DNA of 41,575 nucleotides, from NCBI GenBank assembly GCA_026997055.1, contig JALWJU010000424.1, positions 1 to 41,575 on the forward strand, in the 5' to 3' direction. The notes under the pieces are model-generated. The model ran no database searches. It worked only from the letters and a program-made list of their open reading frames with translations, and was not told where the DNA came from. Both the position numbers and the translations under genes were made by a program. Origin of the DNA: Paracoccaceae bacterium (GTDB taxonomy: Bacteria > Pseudomonadota > Alphaproteobacteria > Rhodobacterales > Rhodobacteraceae). Below, one piece after another: positions 1 through 8,100 of the stretch (its first letter is position 1; each line of letters starts with the position of its first letter).

Positions 1-77
1 ACAGTGTTGACATGGACACGAAACACTGCGGACATCCTGCACGGGTCGCTTTTAAACAATTGATTTCTCGGAAGAAT

Positions 78-124
<47 letters not shown>

Positions 125-371
125 CCGGTGGTCCAAGTGTTGCAACGCTGTTTTGTCGCGATATTTCAATAGGTTGTGGCGCGCGAATTCGAGCGCATGG
201 TATCGCCGCCAACGTAGCGCCATGCTCGGCCCGAAATCCGGATGTTCTCATGCCATTTACCGGCAATGTTGCGCCTGAGTTCCACGCGCAAGTTTTGTTG
301 CGCATAGCCTTGATTGTTGCGCGTAAGGCGGTTTAACTGCGCATACATTGCTGCACAATCAGGGAAGCCCA

Positions 372-1790
372 ATGGCACAGCACATCTCCGAGGCCGATCT
401 TCGCGCGATCGAGAGCGCCGTGCGCAAGCACCCCGATGGCGCTTCTGCAAGCGAGATCTCCGAAGCCCTGAGCGCGAACCTGCCCCGGCGCACGCTGCAA
501 TACCGACTGAAGCACCTTGTGGATGCCGGTCGCCTGATCAGGAAGGGCAGTGGGCGGTGGGCACGGTACCATTCGCCCGCCGAACCTGCCGTTGGGGAAG
601 TCGCCGTCGGCACCGGCCGGAACGGCGATGAGGAACAGGTTTCCATTCCGCTCTCTGCCCCCGGCATGGAGATCAGGGAGTACCTCGCCCAGCCTCCTGC
701 CGCACGAAAACCGGTCGGCTACAATCGTGATTTCCTGGAATCCTACCAGCCCAACGTCACGACATATCTCTCGGAAGACGAACGTGCGCATCTGCAGGAG
801 ATCGGCCGACCCAACTTCGCCGAGCAACCGGCGGGCACCTATGCCCGGCACATTCTCGACCGGCTTCTGATCGATCTGTCATGGAATTCCAGCCGGCTCG
901 AGGGCAACACCTACTCGCTGCTGGACACCAGACGGCTGATCGAGTTCGGGGAGGAAGCCGAAGGGCGCGCCCATCTGGAAGCCCAGATGATCCTGAACCA
1001 CAAGGACGCAATCGCCTTTCTCGTCGATGCTGCCGAGGATATCGGATTCAACCGCTACACGATCCTCAACCTTCATGGTTTTCTTGCCCAGAACCTGCTG
1101 CCCGATGAATCCGCGGCCGGGAGGCTGCGCCATATCCCGATCGGCATTGAGCAATCAGTGTTTCATCCGCTTGAGGTGCCGCAGTGGATCGAGGAGTGCT
1201 TCGATCTGATCCTGGCAAAGGCGGCGGCGATTCAGGACCCGTTCGAGCAGGCCTTTTTCGTCATGGTGCAGCTGCCGTATCTTCAACCTTTCGATGACGT
1301 GAACAAGCGCGTCTCGCGCCTTGCTGCCAACATCCCCTTCATCAGGGCCAATCTCTCGCCCCTGTCCTTCAGCGACGTGCCACGTTCGATCTACACCGAT
1401 GCCGTCCTGGGGGTGTATGAACTCAACCGGGTCGATCTGCTGAAGGATGTGTTCATCTGGTCCTATGAACGTTCGGCCGCTCGTTATGCCGCGGTCCGGC
1501 AATCGCTGGGCGAACCCGACCCGTTCCGCCTGAAACATCGTGAGGCACTGCGGCGGGTCATCAGCGAGGTCGTGCGAGAACGGATGAGCAGAAAGGCGGC
1601 CGTACGGCACATCGCATCCTGGACGGCGCAGAACATCGACCGCCCCGAACAGGAGAAATTCCGCGAGATTGCCGAGAGCGACCTCCTCGGCCTGCACGCG
1701 GGCAATTTCGCGCGTTACGGGATCAGGCCGGCCGAATTCGCGGCCTGGCAGGAGGTGTGGACGGCAGAGGAAGGGCGCCGTGAATCATAG
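372..1790 (+). CDS. Fic/DOC-fold protein with N-terminal winged-helix-like region and a degenerate Fic motif
   Basis: The ORF 348..1790 starts at TTG, but ATG 372 (MAQHISEADL) follows AGGGAAG and is the likelier start. The motif SSRLEG fits the (S/T)xxxE(G/N) inhibitory-helix pattern. The region LPYLQPFDDVNKRVSRLAAN aligns to HxFx(D/E)GNGRxxR, with His replaced by Gln and both Gly residues replaced. Confidence 0.65.
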   Translation: MAQHISEADLRAIESAVRKHPDGASASEISEALSANLPRRTLQYRLKHLVDAGRLIRKGSGRWARYHSPAEPAVGEVAVGTGRNGDEEQVSIPLSAPGMEIREYLAQPPAARKPVGYNRDFLESYQPNVTTYLSEDERAHLQEIGRPNFAEQPAGTYARHILDRLLIDLSWNSSRLEGNTYSLLDTRRLIEFGEEAEGRAHLEAQMILNHKDAIAFLVDAAEDIGFNRYTILNLHGFLAQNLLPDESAAGRLRHIPIGIEQSVFHPLEVPQWIEECFDLILAKAAAIQDPFEQAFFVMVQLPYLQPFDDVNKRVSRLAANIPFIRANLSPLSFSDVPRSIYTDAVLGVYELNRVDLLKDVFIWSYERSAARYAAVRQSLGEPDPFRLKHREALRRVISEVVRERMSRKAAVRHIASWTAQNIDRPEQEKFREIAESDLLGLHAGNFARYGIRPAEFAAWQEVWTAEEGRRES

Positions 1791-2125
1791 AGTGGCGCTT
1801 GAGGGATCTGCCTGTTGGCAAGGAAAGCTTTTCGGCAACCGGAAACCGCCCTACTCCTCGGCATATGCCTGATGCGGGTGCGGAGGCTGGGAACCTGCTG
1901 GACCGCAATCCATCAGGTTGGGAGGCCAGCACCTTCATCCCCAGAAAGCCTGCCTGGCACCTGGCTGAGATGGCGAGCCGTACGGCCAGCGCGACTCGCT
2001 CCTGGCGGGGCCGAGGCCGGTGATAACGGCTTATGATATTCTCCGCAGGGGCGCCCAAAACCCGAGTCGGGATATAGCTGGCCGAGCCAGTCCCAAGAAC
2101 TGCCGTACCGTTTGTTGACAAGGGG

Positions 2126-5100
2126 TTGCAGATTTTTCACGATCTAGTGGTGAATAATCATGCTCAAAAACTATCAGTCGCTGATTCGAATGAAGCAATT
2201 TGCAAAGTTTTGATGTCCGGCAAGTACGCTGGGCGGTCACTATACCTGACGTTTGATGCTCAAGAGACCAAGGAAATCGGGAAGTTGCTCGGTGTCGACG
2301 AAGTCCACGTCGAGGAACTGTGCGCGAGCCTTGTTGGAGAGGCTCTTGATAAGGGGAGAAATCCCTTCCTGACTGCGTGCCGCGAAGCCCGGCTATGGAC
2401 CTCGGAAGGAATGCTCGGCCCGCCTCCATTCGTCACGCTCTTGCATGTTATGTCTCACGCTGCCGAGCTCATGGCCAACGACGGCGAGTATGCGGCAAAC
2501 GCTTACTACCCGCGGCTAGCTAACTTAATCGGGATACCGGCAGGGAACCTTCGGTCACATGGCAAACAGACGGAGCTTTTCTGGCGGCTTCTAGAGACCT
2601 GGCTCGCCGAAAACGACTACGAGCTGGGTCGCCCGACTGCCTCGGCGAGGGGCACCTGGAAGTACGTTGGGTTGGCAATGTCGCAGGCGATCGTTCGCTC
2701 TGCGGATCGCGCAGCGATGCACGATCTATTCAACACCTATGGTTTCTCCAGCGGAGATCAACTTACGTCTGCCGACATTTTCCCCTACGTGGACGATTGG
2801 ATGCGATCGAGCGGGTCAACGCCACGCCTCCGCAAGGCATGGGAGCAGAAAGACTTGCGCGGTCGCATTTGCGAGATTGTGATCGACGAGCTTCAGGATT
2901 GGTCAACCAGCTCTCTCGGCTCCTCTAGTATCGGACATAAAGAAAGATCCCATCGGCTCTCTCTCATCGCGCAAGTGCTGCCATCCTTTCCCAAGCCACG
3001 GCTCTTGCTTCATCTCGGTCGGGGCATTGAATTGAGCCAACCGCTTACCGGCCTCGAAGACGATATTGGTAATTCGTTCAGCCTTTCGAATTCTGTCTTT
3101 GGTGCGTTTGCCACGGTTTCACCAAACCCCATGGGGCGCGCAAACAGCGGGTTGGCGAGGAGTTTCTCCGTCACCGGCGGAGACCATCGTCTGCAATGGA
3201 GTTCTGGCCCGGTAATTCCGCTCGTGAAGTCGACTGAAGGTCCATACTGGACACAGGTCGCGCGCATTAGGATTGCAACGGACGTCCTTGTCCTGGTGCG
3301 TGACAAGCAGTCCCTCGTGGAAGGGTTGGAACGCTTACTCGCAGAGACCTCGACGGGCGAGGCGACCTACCTTACCCCAGAAGATCTCGACGGAATTCCG
3401 CACGGGTGGAGGCTGTACAAGGACGTACGGATAATCCGGACAACCGATAGTGAAGTGAAAACCGATCTAAAGAACTTGGTTCCCCTGTCAGAAGAGTCGG
3501 GATTCGTCATCACAGGTGGATTGCAAGTTACGCGGGGTATTTGGCATTCGAAAGCGCCCCCAAACGTCAACTTTGTCGCGGATACCGGGCCAACTCGGCT
3601 TGAAGCTCACCGTCCGAGCGACGGGGGGCTCCGGTTGGTCCGCGAGGCCCAATCAGCTTCACGGACTTGCGGCCTGTCGATGCGAGATCTTAAGGATGCG
3701 AGCTACACGGTACGTGGGTTCAAGTCTGGCAAGCAAACCGGCGAAACCCTCGTGGTGCTGCGGTCAGCTGAACGGGCGCGGCCCCTTGATCGCCAGATGG
3801 TTGGGCAACTTGCCCATGGGGCGATATTCTCGGCGGCCGAGTTTCCTCAGGAGGGTTCCGCTTCAACGATCCGGGGCAACATTGTCTGCCCAAAACCGCC
3901 TGCAACGGAGCCAACTTCAGTTGTGGAACCACGGGAGGGGGCGCAGATTCCGTCTGGAGACGGCTCGACGGAAGACGGAGAAAGCGACTTCGTTAACGAG
4001 GATGGCTCGGTCGACGAACCTGAATCGTGTGCCGGCCGAGGCTACCATTACTGGAAATGTGAATCCCCTCCCCATCGGGTGCCGATGTCCACCCCGCTCA
4101 AGATGGAATGCAAGGACTGTCACCAGGTGGTCATCGCAAGAAAACGCGGGCGCAGGAAGCAAAATGTCGAGGCAGCCACTATTCCCATCGCGCGCAGAAT
4201 CGCCCGCGGAAAATGGGAAGGAAAATCGAGTAACGCGGACATCGACTTCGATTTGCTGTTCGATGCGCTTTGCTTCCTAGGCTCGGGATCTTGGGGAAGA
4301 ATTGACCGGCTACTCGTGGGGCACGATATCCCTCCGTGGGCAATTGGCGAGATGGCAGCTGCATGGTCATCCTTGGGCTTGATCGACGTAGCATATGCAC
4401 CGGGGACACATCGCCCAAGGAAATGGAGTGTTCCGCCTCCAACGATTTGCATAACCGGAGATGGTCGGGGCTACTTTTCAGGATTTCGATGCGACCCACT
4501 CATCGAGTTGACACTTGAAGAGGTCGCAAATCTTGGTGGCTCTTCATTGAAGACGGAGCAAGACGGGGCGCCATGCCATTGGGGCATTCGCAACGTCGAT
4601 TTTTCTGATTTGGCCGAACGCGTAAGGCCATTGGAAGATCCGCTCGGGAGGCCATTCTCGATGGTTGAGCGCCCCGAAATTGACTTGGTAAGAGCCGCGT
4701 TTTCGGTCGCTGGGCTCGAAGCGTCGCTGCTTCCCATCTCGACGGGTTCATCTCTCCGCAACCTCCAGCGTTTCGACATCGAGGGTGCGCGATGGCGCCT
4801 GGTCGATGCGGTGTCTGGCGAAGGTGCCTACCGTTTTGACCACGGCGGTAGGGTCTATGTTTACCGTAGCCCCAATGGGCGCGAATTCATGGGCCCCCAA
4901 CAGGTGATTAAGCTTTTGGCGGCTAGGCAAAGTGGTAGGCGTCTTCACCGTTACGACGAGCATTCCCGGCAATTTTCTTCCACGCGGGGAGCCGAGCCGG
5001 TTGGCCTGCTTGCCCGTGCATTGGTAGCCTGCAGCGGTCAGCTTCCGCGAAAAGGCGACGACGGCATCACCACTTATGAAAAAGTCGCGCCGGAAGTCGG

Positions 5101-5146
5101 CCGCGCAGTGCTTTATAACCTTTACTCGAGGAAGATGATCGAATGA
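2126..5146 (+). CDS. Large protein of unknown function (1006 aa), DruH-like by size and position; first gene of the helicase operon
   Basis: Long ORF in the lower-GC island. Its stop overlaps the next gene's start (ATGA at 5143-5146). It has a Cys4 ribbon (CAGRGYHYWKC...CKDC) preceded by an acidic linker, and I recognise no catalytic motif. The start is ambiguous: TTG 2126, GTG 2147 or 2150, or ATG 2213. Confidence 0.55.
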   Translation: MQIFHDLVVNNHAQKLSVADSNEAICKVLMSGKYAGRSLYLTFDAQETKEIGKLLGVDEVHVEELCASLVGEALDKGRNPFLTACREARLWTSEGMLGPPPFVTLLHVMSHAAELMANDGEYAANAYYPRLANLIGIPAGNLRSHGKQTELFWRLLETWLAENDYELGRPTASARGTWKYVGLAMSQAIVRSADRAAMHDLFNTYGFSSGDQLTSADIFPYVDDWMRSSGSTPRLRKAWEQKDLRGRICEIVIDELQDWSTSSLGSSSIGHKERSHRLSLIAQVLPSFPKPRLLLHLGRGIELSQPLTGLEDDIGNSFSLSNSVFGAFATVSPNPMGRANSGLARSFSVTGGDHRLQWSSGPVIPLVKSTEGPYWTQVARIRIATDVLVLVRDKQSLVEGLERLLAETSTGEATYLTPEDLDGIPHGWRLYKDVRIIRTTDSEVKTDLKNLVPLSEESGFVITGGLQVTRGIWHSKAPPNVNFVADTGPTRLEAHRPSDGGLRLVREAQSASRTCGLSMRDLKDASYTVRGFKSGKQTGETLVVLRSAERARPLDRQMVGQLAHGAIFSAAEFPQEGSASTIRGNIVCPKPPATEPTSVVEPREGAQIPSGDGSTEDGESDFVNEDGSVDEPESCAGRGYHYWKCESPPHRVPMSTPLKMECKDCHQVVIARKRGRRKQNVEAATIPIARRIARGKWEGKSSNADIDFDLLFDALCFLGSGSWGRIDRLLVGHDIPPWAIGEMAAAWSSLGLIDVAYAPGTHRPRKWSVPPPTICITGDGRGYFSGFRCDPLIELTLEEVANLGGSSLKTEQDGAPCHWGIRNVDFSDLAERVRPLEDPLGRPFSMVERPEIDLVRAAFSVAGLEASLLPISTGSSLRNLQRFDIEGARWRLVDAVSGEGAYRFDHGGRVYVYRSPNGREFMGPQQVIKLLAARQSGRRLHRYDEHSRQFSSTRGAEPVGLLARALVACSGQLPRKGDDGITTYEKVAPEVGRAVLYNLYSRKMIE

Positions 5147-8100
5147 GACAGGCCACCCCGACGCGTGTTCAGAACTACATTCGAGAGGCATACCTGAAGT
5201 ACTACGACTCCGCCTTTTGGATGCGCGATGATGGTATCATGGCGGAGCGCCGTAAACTACTCCAAGCGGACGGTGTAATGGCACAAGAACCCCTCCTGGA
5301 AGCCGTTCCCCAGTACCCTTCGGTTGAAGCCATCGAAGAGGCATGCAAACGCGCTGGGCTAAGCTCAGAAACCGCTTCAAGACTAGGTCCGCTGGTATTT
5401 GGCTCCGACAAATCTATCAAGCTTCGTCAGCACCAAGCGGAAGCGCTCGTCGCTGCAATGGTCGGAAATGAACTGGGCCAGAGAAATGTCGTAGTGACCT
5501 CCGGTACCGGATCGGGGAAGACGGAGAGCTTTCTTCTCCCCATCTTGGCGGGAATACTGGAAGAGCGTGTAAGAAAGGGCAAGCGCGGCCCGATAAAGCC
5601 TTGGTGGGAGAAAGATCTCGAGCGCCACGACACGTCCTGGAAACACAGCCGATCGCTCGCTAGCAACACCTCGGACGCGGCAATCCGTGCCCTTGTCCTA
5701 TACCCGACCAACGCTTTGGTTGAGGACCAGATCTCGCGCTTACGTGGCGCGGCCATGCGGGGAATCGAGGAAACCGGAGAACCTATTTTCTTCTTCGGAA
5801 GGTATACCGGGGCGACGCTTGGTACAACTTACTTTCCACCGGGAACCCTAAAGGCAAGTGACCGCGGAAAGATCAATAAAATCTCGAAAGAAATCCGGGA
5901 TATTGCCCGGGAGGCCACAGAGCTCAAACATTCCCTCGAAGCGGCCGGCAAGTCACCGACCGAGATCTTGGAGGCGGCCAGCCAGTTCCAAGACCCATAC
6001 TGCGGCGAGATGCTCACGCGGTGGGACATGATCTCGGCGCCGCCGGACATTCTCATCACGAACACGAGCATGCTGAACATCATGCTGCTTCGTGATGTCG
6101 AAGTCCCTATTTTCGAAAAGACGCGAAAATGGCTCGAGGCCGACGAGGCAAACCACTTCAGCTTGGTCGTCGACGAACTACACAGCTATCGCGGCACGCA
6201 GGGAACAGAGGTTGCCTTGGTGGTCCGGAACCTACTGGACCGGCTAGGACTGGGACCCGACTCGGCCCAGCTTCGTTGCATAGGAACAAGTGCATCCTTG
6301 GACCCGGAGAGCGGAAAAGAGTACTTGGAACAGTTCTTCGGCGTTGACCGAAAGACCTTTGTAATCCTGCCGGGCCAACCCGAGGATTTCAGCGCAAACC
6401 TTCCCGTGGAAACGGATGTTCTGGAACGCAATCTTGCCCTCCTAAATTCCGAAGACCCGGAGAAGGTAAAGGCCGCTTCGGAAGATATATGTAAGCATTT
6501 TTCACCACGGATTGCACTTGCCGCCGCATGTAATGAAGCTGGATCGCTCGTCTCGTCAGCAGGAGGTGCCGGAGACTCCGCAGTAATAGTCCGGCCAGCG
6601 AAGCTATCTAAAATTGGAAAATCCCTTTTCGGGGCGAGAAGCTCGCACGAGCTTCTTGATGCAATCATGATCGCGGCAGCGCATGAAGACCGAGGAACCT
6701 GGGAAAAACCCAAGCCGACTTTCAGGTCGCACATGTTCATGCGCCAAGTGCAAGGTATTTGGGCATGTTCGAACCCTGAATGCACCGAGGTAGAGAAGGA
6801 ATTCAGGTCGAGGGGGCGGAAGATTGGCCGCCTCTTCAAGTCACCCGCGTTGAAGTGCGAGTGTGGCGGTCAAGTCCTGGAGTTACTGTACTGCTACGAT
6901 TGTGGAGAAGCCTTCCTCGCGGGCTTCGTAGTCCCATCCAGTAGCGAAGCGCTGAAGGATCAGATCTTCCTGGAGGCAACGAAATCAGTGGAGGGCGGCG
7001 GATATCCCGGCATGGTCTACGAGCGACCACACTCCGAGTTTAGGTGGTACTGGCCGGGCGGCCAAATCCCTGCCGGGTCATCGCGTTGGACACACGGGTT
7101 TCCCGGGGAGGGTGGATCAGGAACCTTCCAGTTCCAGACTGCTCGGTTCGATCACCACCTAGGGCTGCTGGTACCCGGTGACCCCGAGCCCACGGGTGTC
7201 GTGTTAACCATCCCACCGGACCTTCCCGAGGGGCGCACCGTTGCTGGGCTCCCCGAGACCTGCCCCCATTGCCTGAGCTCCTACAGCTCACGAAACCAGC
7301 GAGACCTGAAGGCTTTCTACCGCGGCACGGTCCAAACTCCCATCCGCGGGTTGCGCACCGGCTTGAATGTGACAACCCAGCTGATTGCCGACCGCGCGAT
7401 GTTGTCGGCCGGTGACGGAGCAACTGCCGAGAAGATGATCGCATTCACGGATAGCCGTGACGATGCCGCCGACTTGGCCGCCGGACTAGAACTGCATCAT
7501 TTTCGAGACCTGGTGAGGCAGCTTGTCTTCAAGCAGTTCTCAGGCGCGGCCATCCTTACCTGCGCGGAACTCCAGAAGATCATCCAAGCAGTGAAAAATG
7601 GCGATCCAGATGCCGTCGCAAAACGAGACGCCGCGAACGAGAAGACCCCAGGAATCTATGAAGCCGCGGTAAAGATCGCGTTCGGAGTGGACGAGGAAGC
7701 AGATAGGGAGCTGGCCGCAAGGCACGATGCAGCCGTTGAGAGCGGATCCATCGCGTGGTCGGCCCTGATGATCGCGCTTCGGGAATCCCTGGTCGCTCTT
7801 GGTCAGAATCCAGCAGGGACGGACGCGAGTCGTGCCACTGACCGCCCCGACGGCGGTGGGACGCCCTGGTGGAAGTTCTTCGATCCCCCGGAAGGTGCAA
7901 CGTGGGCACCACTCGATGCAGCTGCCGCGAGTGATGGCCGCCGTGAATTCATGGCGCACCTATCTAGGACGGTAGCTTCTTCTCTCTTCGACCAAGCGGG
8001 CCGAGATCTTGAGTCGATGGGGACTGCAACCATCGAGCTTGACTCGGAATGCGGCGCAAAGCTCGGAATGGACGATGCATTGGCCAAGGGGATAGTCGGC

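Noticed and set aside
1-40. A 12-nt match (TGGACACGAAAC at about 12-23) to the conserved leader box of module copy B (39125-39136)
   Set aside because: The match is intriguing and may hint at a related element on the chromosomal side. It is short, truncated by the window edge, and lacks the 30-bp core, so there is too little to call a third copy.
3516-4280. 254-aa plus-strand ORF inside the DruH-like gene (alternative frame)
   Set aside because: It is fully embedded in the 1006-aa ORF in another frame, is Arg/Ser-rich and has no motif. The long frame is the coding one.
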